From the NCBI GenBank assembly GCA_963676615.1, contig OY781092.1:1056001-1120000 (forward strand): a stretch of 64,000 nt of DNA. The letters are read 5' to 3'. Under the pieces are notes generated by a model. It did not search any database. It was not told the origin of the DNA and was given only the letters and a program-made list of their open reading frames with translations. Origin of the DNA: Candidatus Cloacimonadota bacterium (lineage in GTDB: Bacteria > Cloacimonadota > Cloacimonadia > G963667145). Positions within the stretch are counted from its first letter, which is position 1. Every line of letters begins with the position of its first letter. A program made the translations under genes and the position numbers. Shown one piece after another: positions 9,205 through 18,720 of the stretch.

Positions 9205-10425
9205 TTAAAAATTCTCAGCAGACCTCTTCAATTTTTCGATAATCTTCAGCCCGATGCCCTGCAAATTCGCCAGCTCATCCACAGACGCCCTGTAAATATC
9301 CTCCACCGAAGTGTAGCCGTTGCTCTTCAAAATCTCCGACGCTTTCGGCGTAATGCCGTCCAAATCGTCGATATGGCTCATCACTCGGCGCTCCTTCTCC
9401 AGCTGCTGTTCGAACTCCTCTTCGGTAAAAATATCGATTTTATAGCCAGTCAACTTCGCCGCCAGCTTCACATTTATTCCGCCCTTACCAATAGCCTTAT
9501 TCTTTTGATTGCTAATCACTCGGGCAAACTTCCCGTGCTCGGCAAGATAAACCTTCTCCACAAAATCGATGCCCACAGCGTTGGCGATAAACTGCTCCAA
9601 ATTCTCGCTCCAATACACCAAATCGATGCTCTCGTCACCCAAATTTTTGCAAATCTCCTTAATCCGCAAACCTTTTGGACCATAGCACGAGCTCACTGGG
9701 TCGATATTTGGATTTTCCGTGTAAAGCGCAATCTTCGTCTCCACGCCCGGATCACGCACAATCTTCTTCACCTGCACTTCACCCGAGGCAACCTCTGGCA
9801 CCTCATTCTCCAAAAGCTTTTTGATATACTCTGGATGCGTGCGCGAAAGCACAATACACCCTCTGTTGCGAATCTTCCGCACATCCACGATATACGCCTG
9901 CACGATATTTCCCACACGATAATACTCACCCGAAATCTGCTCATCCGCCGGCAATACCGCATCCGTATAGCCAATATCCACGATATAATCGTTGAACTTC
10001 GTCTCCCGAATTTTGCCCGTAACCACCTGATGCTTCTGCTTATTAAAATCGAACATCACCCGATCGTTCTCCAGCTCCTTGATCCTATCTTGAATAAGCT
10101 TTTTGGCAATCTTAATCGTCTTCGGCTCAAACTCCGAAACCATCACACGGCAATCCATCTGATCGCCAACAGCCACGCCAGAATCGCTAAGACGCGCATC
10201 CTCTATGGAAATTTCATCAAAGTATAAATCGTTCTCCACCACCTCTTTGGCGACCTTGGCATACACCTCGTTTTTCGTCTGATCCACCACAATCTCCAAA
10301 GCCGCAGGTCTCTTCAACCGCTTAGAAATCGCCGCATACAAACTCTCTTTTAGCACCACCAAAAGGTCTTCTCTGTCAAGTTGCTTCAAGTTAGCCAACT
10401 CATTGATAATAGAAATCATACTCAT
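9205..10425 (-). CDS. nusA: Transcription termination/antitermination factor NusA
   Basis: S1 domain (LSRTHP), KH motifs (GPKG, AIGKGGINVKLAAKLTG) and a C-terminal HhH repeat. Confidence 0.97.
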   Translation of the reverse strand: MSMISIINELANLKQLDREDLLVVLKESLYAAISKRLKRPAALEIVVDQTKNEVYAKVAKEVVENDLYFDEISIEDARLSDSGVAVGDQMDCRVMVSEFEPKTIKIAKKLIQDRIKELENDRVMFDFNKQKHQVVTGKIRETKFNDYIVDIGYTDAVLPADEQISGEYYRVGNIVQAYIVDVRKIRNRGCIVLSRTHPEYIKKLLENEVPEVASGEVQVKKIVRDPGVETKIALYTENPNIDPVSSCYGPKGLRIKEICKNLGDESIDLVYWSENLEQFIANAVGIDFVEKVYLAEHGKFARVISNQKNKAIGKGGINVKLAAKLTGYKIDIFTEEEFEQQLEKERRVMSHIDDLDGITPKASEILKSNGYTSVEDIYRASVDELANLQGIGLKIIEKLKRSAENF

Positions 10426-10449
10426 AATCTTAATCTCCGTATTAACAAA

Positions 10450-10505
10450 CGAAACTTTGCAAAGCGGCTTCTCTCTAACGAAAAACCGAGATTTACAAAG
10501 TTTCG
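10450..10505 (-). promoter_or_regulatory. Long hairpin in the nusA 5' leader (possible attenuator)
   Basis: cgaaactttgcaaa (10450-10463) / tttacaaagtttcg (10492-10505), with an inner stem possible via G-U pairs on the minus strand. TTGACA lies on the minus strand at 10562-10557. Confidence 0.5.
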
Positions 10506-10630
10506 CTTCAATATAAACTCAATAACCAAGGACAAATAAGGAACTAGCCCCATTTCTGTCAACCTTTTTTATGGGGTTAGATTTTAGAACTGTTTTTTAC
10601 TCGCTTGCTCGGGCAAAGCAAGGAGTGCCT

Positions 10631-10654
10631 GGATTCCTGCCTTCGCAGGGATGA
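10631..10654. repeat. Short REP/dRS3-like palindrome
   Basis: ggattcctgccttcgcagggatga resembles the ATTCC-N-GGAAT class of extragenic palindromes. Single copy in the window. Confidence 0.45.
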
Positions 10655-10705
10655 GGAGTTAGTTTTTCTCTTATCAGAGGGATTTTCTCCTTTTCGGAGA
10701 CTTTC

Positions 10706-10740
10706 GTTACCTTTTTTTGTCTGAACAAAAATAAGGTAAC
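10706..10740. repeat. Hairpin similar in form to the one at 12535-12571
   Basis: gttacctttttttg-tctgaa-caaaaataaggtaac. Confidence 0.6.
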
Positions 10741-10785
10741 ACCAAAAAAAATCAAATCATAAGCCTAAATTCTAACTTGCAAAAC

Positions 10786-12101
10786 GGCACTGTCCAAAAA
10801 AGTGTGTCTGCAGCAAAAAAAACTAGACACAAAAAAAGAATCTCCAATTTTTATAAAAAAAAGAACAAAAAAGGAGATTCTTATGCGATTTAACGCAAGT
10901 CAACTACAAAAAATTTTAGACGAAAATGTCAATGATTATGGCGCGAATAAATTGATCGAGTTCGTTTTTAACAGCCTTATGAAGCTGGAAAGACAGGCTT
11001 TTATGGCGGAAAACAAAAGCTCAAACAACAAAGGCAACGGCTATCGCAGCAGGTGTTTTTCATCTCTCAGCGGCAAAATTCAATTCAAAATTCCGCGCGA
11101 CAGATTCGGTCAATTTTATCCATTTATCTTGGAAATTTTGAAAAAGCAGGAGCAAGAAGTACGAGAATTGGCGTTTCAGCTGTATGCTAAAGGCTTGTCT
11201 ACCAGAGACATAGAGAATGTTTTCGCAAATGTTTTTGGCACGAATTACAAAAAATCGACCATCAGCAATATCAGCCAAGAATTCAAAGAATTGTTGACAA
11301 ATTGGCGAAATAGGCCGCTAGAAAAAAACTATCCGATTATTATGATTGACGCCATACATTCCAAATTGAGGCGGCTCGACAGTGTTGAAACTGAGGCGTT
11401 TTGCGTGGTTATCGGCGTCCGAGAGGACAAAAGTCGGGACATTTTGGCGCTCGAAAATATCCCGACCGAGAGCGCTGCTGGCTGGGAATTCTTGTTTAAT
11501 CGCCTAAAATCGCGAGGCTTGCAAACGACAAAATTGGTCGTGGCTGACGGCCTTGTTGGGCTGGAAAATGTGGTGAGCAAAGTTTTTAAAAATGCGAAAT
11601 TTCAAAAGTGTGTAACTCACTTTAAAAGAAGTCTATTAGCTAAGGTCAGGAATAGTGATAAAAGCGAAATTAGCGACGATTTGAAGGAAATTTTTTGCGT
11701 CGGACAAGAACGCTATACGAAAGAAATTGCTTTGAAAAATTTGGATAATTTTGCGAAAAAATGGGGAGATAAGTATCGATTTACCAAGAAGTTATTAAAC
11801 AGAGACGATGTTGTTTATTATTTCACTTTTTTGGAGTTTGACCACAGAATTCAGCGGCTGATTTACACCACAAATTGGATCGAAAATTTGAATAAACAGT
11901 TTCGGAAAGTTTTGAAAATCAGGAACTCGATGCCCAGCGATGAGTCTGTGCTACTGCTGCTGAGCAAGGTCGCGATGGACAAGGTCGATAAATATCTGAA
12001 TTATCCGATTTATCAATTTAAATTTGACAAAATTTTGTTCCCAGAAAGTTAAGAAAATGGAAACCAAATTGGAGATTAGACACACTTTTTTGGACGGTGC
12101 C
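10786..12101 (+). mobile_element. IS256-family insertion sequence, complete
   Basis: 24-bp terminal inverted repeats, 23/24 identical (ggcactgtccaaaaaagtgtgtct 10786-10809; agacacacttttttggacggtgcc 12078-12101). No target-site duplication visible. Confidence 0.95.
10883..12052 (+). CDS. IS256-family (Mutator) DDE transposase
   Basis: NGYR, IPRDR, LYAKGLSTRDI, IMIDA, VVADG, QKCVTH and YTTNWIENLN motifs. ATG at 10883 follows an AAGGAG RBS. Confidence 0.95.
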   Translation: MRFNASQLQKILDENVNDYGANKLIEFVFNSLMKLERQAFMAENKSSNNKGNGYRSRCFSSLSGKIQFKIPRDRFGQFYPFILEILKKQEQEVRELAFQLYAKGLSTRDIENVFANVFGTNYKKSTISNISQEFKELLTNWRNRPLEKNYPIIMIDAIHSKLRRLDSVETEAFCVVIGVREDKSRDILALENIPTESAAGWEFLFNRLKSRGLQTTKLVVADGLVGLENVVSKVFKNAKFQKCVTHFKRSLLAKVRNSDKSEISDDLKEIFCVGQERYTKEIALKNLDNFAKKWGDKYRFTKKLLNRDDVVYYFTFLEFDHRIQRLIYTTNWIENLNKQFRKVLKIRNSMPSDESVLLLLSKVAMDKVDKYLNYPIYQFKFDKILFPES

Positions 12102-12109
12102 TTCGCCTG

Positions 12110-12577
12110 CGGCGGGCTTTCATCTTTTCGGGCGTCCGAAAAGAGAAACAGAAAAGGACGCCCGCTTCAAATAGCCAGAGAGGTTTCGAGAGGTGAATCA
12201 AGAGTTCCAAGGAAAAGAGCACCTCCGCAATTTGCCCATAGCCTTTTGATTGAAATTGTCAGTTTTGCAGTTTTACAGACGGCTGTTTTTCTCGCTGTCT
12301 CTCCCGTTGAAGCGGGATGACGGCTCGCTCCCACTTGAGCGCCTAGACTGGCGATAGGGCGGAAACCTCCGCTTCAGAAAAGACTAAAGACACGAACTGT
12401 AGCCTTTTGAGCCTGCAAAACTGCCTAAGAAATCCGCAAACTTTGCGAAAAATACACGGGAACGACCACACTTTATTCTTTCTGGTGACTCGGGGCGTCT
12501 TTTGGCATTGAAGCGGAGCGGTTTTCTTTTCTCCTCCATCTTTTCTTTGAGCGGTCAAAGAAAAGATGGAGTCCCGC
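12110..12577. other. Structured non-coding element (MITE-like repeat or ncRNA)
   Basis: Terminal hairpins cttttcgg-gcgt-ccgaaaag and ctccatcttttctttg-agcggt-caaagaaaagatggag. Two internal domains are each closed by ccgcttca/tgaagcgg. No credible ORF. Confidence 0.55.
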
Positions 12578-12860
12578 TGAAAGCGGCACAGCAAATAGCT
12601 TAGCGATTTCGTTCCCCAGCACCTTTTTAATCCTTACAAGCATTAGAAACATTTTAACTTTTTTGGACTAAATAGGTGCTAGGAGAAAGGTAAATAAAAA
12701 ATCGAGTCCACTATTTTTAGGACAGGACAAGGTTCTGAAGCGGCAACCCCAAAGCCTCTGCTCACTCAAGCTGGCGATGGATTGGGACAGGTATTTTAAT
12801 TTCTACCCACCTAACCACATAAATGAAGTCTCAAATAATTAGCCGTTTTATGTAGGCAGA

Positions 12861-14504
12861 CTACCTTTTTCCCCACTCTTTCTCACGCAGTTCCACTCTT
12901 CTGGTTTTCCCGCTGATAGTCTTTGGCAGAGACTGCACAAACTCGATTTTCCGCGGATATTTATACGGCGCAGTGGTCGATTTGACATGCTCCTGCAACT
13001 CCGCAACAAGCTCCTTGTTGCCCTCATAGCCGTTCTTCAAAATCACAAAAGCTTTCACGACCTCGCCTCGAATCTCATCGGGAGAAGACACAACCGCAGA
13101 TTCAGCCACCGCTGGATGCTCCTGCAAAGCGCTCTCCACCTCAAAAGGTCCAATCCTGTAGCCCGAGCTGATAATCACATCGTCGCTTCGCCCAACAAAC
13201 CAAAAATATCCGTCCTCATCCTTATACGCCTTATCCCCCGTGAGATACCAGTCCTTGAAAAACACCTTGTCCGTCATCTCTTTGTTGTTCATATACTCGC
13301 GAAAAAGCGCCGGCGGCCTATTCGGCTTCACCCGCACAGCAATATCGCCCTCAAGCCCAGCAGCTAGCTCATTTCCGTCCTGATCGATAACCGAAACATA
13401 ATACCCAGGAGCTGGCTTACCCATCGATCCTGGTCTTGGCTCAATCGTCGGGAAAGTTCCCACAAGGCAAATCGTCTCCGACTGCCCATAATATTCACAA
13501 ATCGGTAGCCCCGTATTCTTCTTCCAAACATTAAAAACTTCGGAATTTAGCGGCTCGCCCGCAGACAAACATTTTTTCAAAACAGGAAAATCGCACTTCG
13601 CCAAATCTTCTAGACACAGCAAACGGTAAACCGTCGGAGGTGCGCAAAATTGCGTAATCGGATATTTCTGCAAAAAATCCAGCGTCTTCTTCGGATCAAA
13701 CGCTTTGCTATTATACACAAAAGCCGCCGCGCCGAGGTTCCACACATTAAAAAAAGCGCCCCAGGCGGTCTTCGCCCAGCCAGTGTCCGTGATCGTGAAC
13801 ATCAAATCGTCTTCCTCGATTTCCTGCATAAACTTGCCCGTGAGCATATGGCAATACGGATAACTCGCCTGCGTATGCACCGTCATCTTGGGCATTCCGG
13901 TCGTCCCCGAGGTAAAATACAAGTAGCACATATCGTCGCTTCTGGTATTTTCCGCCGTAAAATCAGCCGACGCTTGCGACAATTCCGTCTCATAATTCAG
14001 CCAGCCGTCTTCGTTAATCTTCCCCTGATCTTTAACAAAAATGAAAGTTTTCAGCTTCTTATCGACCTTTTTCACCAAATTGACCTTTTTGGCAAACTCC
14101 TCGTCACAAACAACGCAGCTCGCATGCGAAAGCTCAAGCCGATAACGAATATCCTTGTCCGTCAAGGTAATCGTCGCTGGAGTAACCACAGCTCCCAGCC
14201 GAAAGCAAGCCAAATTAACTTCCCACCATTGCACAATCTTCGGCATCGCCAAAAACACAATATCGCCCTTTTTAACGCCTTGATTTTTCAAAACATTAGC
14301 GAACTTTTTCGACCTTTGAGAAAGCTCATAATAAGTGATTTTTTTCTCATTGCCAAGATCGTCCACCCAGATCATCGCGATTTTTTCTTTATCTTCAGCC
14401 CATTTATCAAAAACATCTTTGGAAAAATTAAAAAATTCAGGAATTTCCCACTGAAAATCGGCGTAGGTCTTTTCGTAATTTGTTATTTTGCTCAACTTTT
14501 GCAT
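12861..14504 (-). CDS. Acyl-CoA synthetase (AMP-forming, medium/short-chain ACSM-like)
   Basis: YFTSGTTGMPK, SAGEPL, YGQSET, WYLTGD, GRSDDVIISSGYRIGPFEVES and LPKTISGK motifs. Confidence 0.93.
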   Translation of the reverse strand: MQKLSKITNYEKTYADFQWEIPEFFNFSKDVFDKWAEDKEKIAMIWVDDLGNEKKITYYELSQRSKKFANVLKNQGVKKGDIVFLAMPKIVQWWEVNLACFRLGAVVTPATITLTDKDIRYRLELSHASCVVCDEEFAKKVNLVKKVDKKLKTFIFVKDQGKINEDGWLNYETELSQASADFTAENTRSDDMCYLYFTSGTTGMPKMTVHTQASYPYCHMLTGKFMQEIEEDDLMFTITDTGWAKTAWGAFFNVWNLGAAAFVYNSKAFDPKKTLDFLQKYPITQFCAPPTVYRLLCLEDLAKCDFPVLKKCLSAGEPLNSEVFNVWKKNTGLPICEYYGQSETICLVGTFPTIEPRPGSMGKPAPGYYVSVIDQDGNELAAGLEGDIAVRVKPNRPPALFREYMNNKEMTDKVFFKDWYLTGDKAYKDEDGYFWFVGRSDDVIISSGYRIGPFEVESALQEHPAVAESAVVSSPDEIRGEVVKAFVILKNGYEGNKELVAELQEHVKSTTAPYKYPRKIEFVQSLPKTISGKTRRVELREKEWGKR

Positions 14505-14616
14505 TTCACAACTCCTTGATAAGTTTGCATTTCAAAGTTTTCTAAACTTATTTTTTAGTCAATCAAAAAACAAATCTCGCTTTTTTTTGAGGAGGATAAG
14601 CAGGAAAACTGCCAGA

Positions 14617-17600
14617 CTACTTTACTTTATGTGCTAGCAGCGAATAAACCGCAGGGATTACAAATAGCGTGAGGAAAGTCGCAACAACGAGCCCGCCGAT
14701 GCTCACCACTCCCATTCCCACACGCAACTCAACTCCCGCATCGCCGATGCCCAGAGCCATCGGAAGCATTCCCAAAATGATAGCAACCACAGACATTACC
14801 ACTGGACGCAACTTCGTCGGACAAGCCTCCAAAAGAGCCTCTCGTGGCGACATCCCGCCGCGTTTTAGCTGATTGGTGTAGTCCAAAAGCAAAATCGCCG
14901 CATTAACCACAATTCCGATGAGCATAATCACCGCCATCATCGACATAATGTTGAGGTTTTGCCCAGTAACAATCAGCGACCAAATCACTCCGATGAGTCC
15001 CAAAGGCAAAGTTGCCATTATGTAGAGCGGCTGAATGAAGCTCTCCAAAATCGCCGCCAAAAGCATATAGGTGAGCACAATTGCCAAAATCGCCGCCTGC
15101 ACCATCGCGCTTACAGCTTTTTCCATCTCGTCGGAACTACCGCCCCAGCTTACCGAATATTCTGGTGGCATATTTAGCTGAGCAATCATCTGCTTTACCT
15201 GCGCCACAACATCCGTGAGCGGCACGCCCGTGGAGTTGCCTCCCGTGAACTGAATGGAGTTGATGCGATCGTCGTGGATGACCTTGTTTGCCATATTCAC
15301 AAAACTAACATCCGCCAGTTGGGAAAGCGTAAAAACGCCCTTGGCTGTAACAATCGGGATGTTTTTAATTTTGCCCAAATCGTCCACAGACTCGTCGGTA
15401 AATTTTGCCCGAATGTCGTATTTGTCGCCATTGTCGTCGTATTGCGTGGAAACCGCTCCGTTGAGCGAAGCCCGCATCATCGCTCCCAAAGTTGCAACAT
15501 CCAAGCCAGCCTCTCTCAACATTTTGCGTTTTGGATTTAGCTGCACCTCGGGTTTAGCGTCGCCCACAGAGTTCTTGAAGTTAACCAAACCGTCAATCTT
15601 GCGAGATTCTGCCATCACAATCTCTTTATATTCGTCTAGCTTTTGCTGATCTGGACCTCGCAAATCGAACTGAATAGCCGCTCCCATTCCGCCATTGCTG
15701 AGCTCCAGCTTGATGTCCGCTCCAGGATAGTCCGCCAAAAGTTCGGCAATCTTAACCGAAACCTGCGGCGTGGCAAGCTTGCGATCTTTTGCGTCCACCA
15801 GCTTAATATACGCCGTCCCCAAATTTTTGCCCCTATCCAGCACGCCCTGATTTCCCAGCTTGCTCATCACCAACTTTACTTCAGGCACTTGCGCGATCTT
15901 TTTTTGTAAATCCAAAAAAGTTTTCTCGGTCTGGTCCATACTCGTGCCGCTTGCCATGGTCACATTCATCGTAATCTCACCGTTATCCATATACGGCACA
16001 TAGTCCGCACCGATTGTGGTAGCTGCAAATATCGAAACCACCAGCAGTACAAACGGCAAAAAAATCGCCATTATAGATCTAAATTTCGTATGGAGAATCT
16101 TCTCCAAACTAATCCGATACCAATCATCGACTTTGTCCAAAAATCCCTCTATCGCAAGACCAATTCGATTTTTCTTTTGCTTTTCGGGCAAAATCAACGA
16201 AGCCAACATCGGCGTGAGCGTAAAAGCGTAAAAAAGCGAGAAAAACGAGGCAATCACCACTGTGTAGGCGAACTCCTTGAAGAAAATTCCAGCAATCGAG
16301 TTCATACTGCCGATGGGAACGAACACCACCACATTTGTAAGGGTTGACGCCAAAACCACCACCACCACCTCTGCAGTTCCCGCAGCCGAAGCTTTTTTGC
16401 GTCCATCGCCTTTTCGCATATGACGGAAAATATTTTCTAGCACCACCACAGAATGCGACACCAGCACTCCCACCGAAGTGGAAAGACCCATCAGCGACAT
16501 CATATCCAAACTGTAGCCCATCCAGCTCATCACCATAAACGACGACACCAGCGACGCGGGCATCGTTAGAGCGACAATCAAAGTTGAGCGTAAATCGTGC
16601 AAAAAGAAAAGAAGCACAAGCGCCGTAAACAACACACCCAAAATCAAAGTGCTTAGCGTATCTTTCACCGAACCTTGGATAAAATTCGCCTCGTTTTGAA
16701 TAATTTTGAGCGTCGTGCCCGTGGGCAAATCGGAGCTTAAATCGTCGATTTTCTCCTTAACCAACTTCGAAATCGCCACAGGATTGCCTTCCGAAGATTT
16801 TACAATCTCCAAAATCACCACATTTTGGCTCGATTTTTTGGAAATATTATCGTAAAAAAGCGCTTTGGTGTCCATCTCCTTTTCGCCATCGATCACATCC
16901 GCTATCTGCCCAATCTGCTTAATCCCTCTGGGCGTAGCAACCCCAGAGCGAGCAATCTGCTGCAGCGAAGAGTATTGCCCTTTGCTTTTAACGGAAATAT
17001 CTTGCCCATCGCCAATATAGCTGCCGGCTGGCACATCAACATTCGCGCCACCAAGAGCCTGCGAAAGCTGCAGCGGAGTAAAAAGCTCCTGCCGCGCCAT
17101 CGCTGGGGTCATCTCCACCTTTATCTCCCGCTTAATTCCACCAATCAAATTAACCGTCGAGACTCCCTCAACCTGATTAAACTGGTCTTTCAGCCTCTTG
17201 TCCGCCAGATGATAAAGCTCCACTGGCGTCATATTTTCGGTAAAAAGCACCAGCTGAATAATCGGCATTTGCTCTGGGTCAAACTTGCTCACCACAGGAA
17301 TTTCTGCCCCTTTCGCCAAATTGTTCACCACCGCATCGATCTTGCTCTTCACCTCCGCCTTCGCCACATCTGCGTCTTTGCCCAGCTCAAACTTAATCTC
17401 GATAAGCGAAACATTTTCCATCGAATAAGAGGTAATCTCATCGATTCTGGAGACCGTCGCAATCTCGTCCTCCAAAATATCCGAAACACCACTAGCCACC
17501 TCTTGCGGTCCCGCTCCTGGATAGAGCGTCTGCACCGTCACATACGGAATATCAACCTTAGGATAAAGATTTACCGGCAATTTGAAATACGCAAGAGCTC

Positions 17601-17673
17601 CAAAAATAATCGAAACCGACAAAATCATCGTCATCATAATCGGTCGTTTTATAGAAATATTCGACAAAAACAT
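14617..17673 (-). CDS. RND efflux transporter permease subunit (AcrB/AcrD/AcrF family)
   Basis: 1018 aa; starts ISIKRP, YPGAGP motif, two hydrophobic halves, LRPVVMS..GMLPMALG. Confidence 0.95.
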   Translation of the reverse strand: MFLSNISIKRPIMMTMILSVSIIFGALAYFKLPVNLYPKVDIPYVTVQTLYPGAGPQEVASGVSDILEDEIATVSRIDEITSYSMENVSLIEIKFELGKDADVAKAEVKSKIDAVVNNLAKGAEIPVVSKFDPEQMPIIQLVLFTENMTPVELYHLADKRLKDQFNQVEGVSTVNLIGGIKREIKVEMTPAMARQELFTPLQLSQALGGANVDVPAGSYIGDGQDISVKSKGQYSSLQQIARSGVATPRGIKQIGQIADVIDGEKEMDTKALFYDNISKKSSQNVVILEIVKSSEGNPVAISKLVKEKIDDLSSDLPTGTTLKIIQNEANFIQGSVKDTLSTLILGVLFTALVLLFFLHDLRSTLIVALTMPASLVSSFMVMSWMGYSLDMMSLMGLSTSVGVLVSHSVVVLENIFRHMRKGDGRKKASAAGTAEVVVVVLASTLTNVVVFVPIGSMNSIAGIFFKEFAYTVVIASFFSLFYAFTLTPMLASLILPEKQKKNRIGLAIEGFLDKVDDWYRISLEKILHTKFRSIMAIFLPFVLLVVSIFAATTIGADYVPYMDNGEITMNVTMASGTSMDQTEKTFLDLQKKIAQVPEVKLVMSKLGNQGVLDRGKNLGTAYIKLVDAKDRKLATPQVSVKIAELLADYPGADIKLELSNGGMGAAIQFDLRGPDQQKLDEYKEIVMAESRKIDGLVNFKNSVGDAKPEVQLNPKRKMLREAGLDVATLGAMMRASLNGAVSTQYDDNGDKYDIRAKFTDESVDDLGKIKNIPIVTAKGVFTLSQLADVSFVNMANKVIHDDRINSIQFTGGNSTGVPLTDVVAQVKQMIAQLNMPPEYSVSWGGSSDEMEKAVSAMVQAAILAIVLTYMLLAAILESFIQPLYIMATLPLGLIGVIWSLIVTGQNLNIMSMMAVIMLIGIVVNAAILLLDYTNQLKRGGMSPREALLEACPTKLRPVVMSVVAIILGMLPMALGIGDAGVELRVGMGVVSIGGLVVATFLTLFVIPAVYSLLAHKVK

Positions 17674-17709
17674 CTTCTACCTCTTTTCCTTTATCAAAAA
17701 AACTACCGT

Positions 17710-18720
17710 CTATTGCGTAATATTGACTTTGCAACCGTCGTAAACCGTGCTGTAACCGTCGATTATCACCTGCTCTCCACTAACAATCCCGCTCACGCAA
17801 GACTGGGTCTGGTTTTGATTTTCAACCTTGACGAACCTTTTTTTGGCGACACCATTTTCCACCACAAAAACATAGCTCTTACCAGCCTCTTTTTGGATAA
17901 TTTTTGACGGCACCACCTTCTGATTTGGCAAATCAACCACTCGCACAAAAACATCAGCGAGCGCCCCCGAAAGAACCCGCAAATCGCTATTATCAAACTC
18001 CGCAAAACAAATAAAGCTCTGCGAAACAGGATCTTTGGACATCGACATCTCCGTGAGCTCCCCCAGCAATGTGATATCGTTCCACACCGCCCGCACCTTT
18101 TGCCCCTCTCGCATCTGCACAATCTGCGCCTCCGAAGCCTGCAACTTAGCTTTCAGCTTCGACAAATCGGACACCGTAAACAAAAAATCGCCTTGACTAA
18201 TATTGTCGGTCAAACTCACATTGATCGCAGTCATCACGCCGCTAATCGGGCTGGTGATAGCCACCAGTTTCGACGCCGACTCAAAATTCGCCTTATCAAC
18301 CTTATACTGCGTGGCGACATTGTCCATCTCCTGTTTCGAAATGCCACCTTTGGCAAAAATCTTCTTCATTCTCCGGTAAATTTTTTCACTATTATCGTAA
18401 GCAGATTTCGCCTGCAAATAGTTCGCCGACGGCTTATCGTCTGGGAATCGTATCACAACTTGATTTTTTTTCACTTTTTGCCCGACTCTGGCTTCGATGC
18501 CCGAAACTTCCGCCGAAATAGGGCTAAACTCGCTAGTCTGTTTATAACCTTTTAGCCCAGCCGTAAAATATATCTCCTTGGTAAACTCCTCATCGGCAAC
18601 CTTTTGCACCCGCACAGGCATCCCTTTGCGCTTTTGTATATCCGCAAGGCTCTCTTGCTTACTTTTTGAACAAGCAAACAATCCCGCCAAAATCACAACA
18701 ACAACGAAAAATCTTCTCAT
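17710..18720 (-). CDS. RND periplasmic adaptor (MFP) lipoprotein
   Basis: Lipobox LFAC, lipoyl motifs (VGQKVKK, ITSPISG), located between TolC and RND genes. Confidence 0.92.
   Translation of the reverse strand: MRRFFVVVVILAGLFACSKSKQESLADIQKRKGMPVRVQKVADEEFTKEIYFTAGLKGYKQTSEFSPISAEVSGIEARVGQKVKKNQVVIRFPDDKPSANYLQAKSAYDNSEKIYRRMKKIFAKGGISKQEMDNVATQYKVDKANFESASKLVAITSPISGVMTAINVSLTDNISQGDFLFTVSDLSKLKAKLQASEAQIVQMREGQKVRAVWNDITLLGELTEMSMSKDPVSQSFICFAEFDNSDLRVLSGALADVFVRVVDLPNQKVVPSKIIQKEAGKSYVFVVENGVAKKRFVKVENQNQTQSCVSGIVSGEQVIIDGYSTVYDGCKVNITQ

Noticed and set aside
6743..10227. Long + strand ORFs (821 aa and 403 aa)
   Set aside because: Antisense shadows of infB and nusA with no recognisable motifs. 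The same applies to the antisense ORFs over the acyl-CoA synthetase, RND, fcl and gmd genes.
10777..12110. Target-site duplication for the intact IS256
   Set aside because: The flanks ttgcaaaac and ttcgcctgc do not match.
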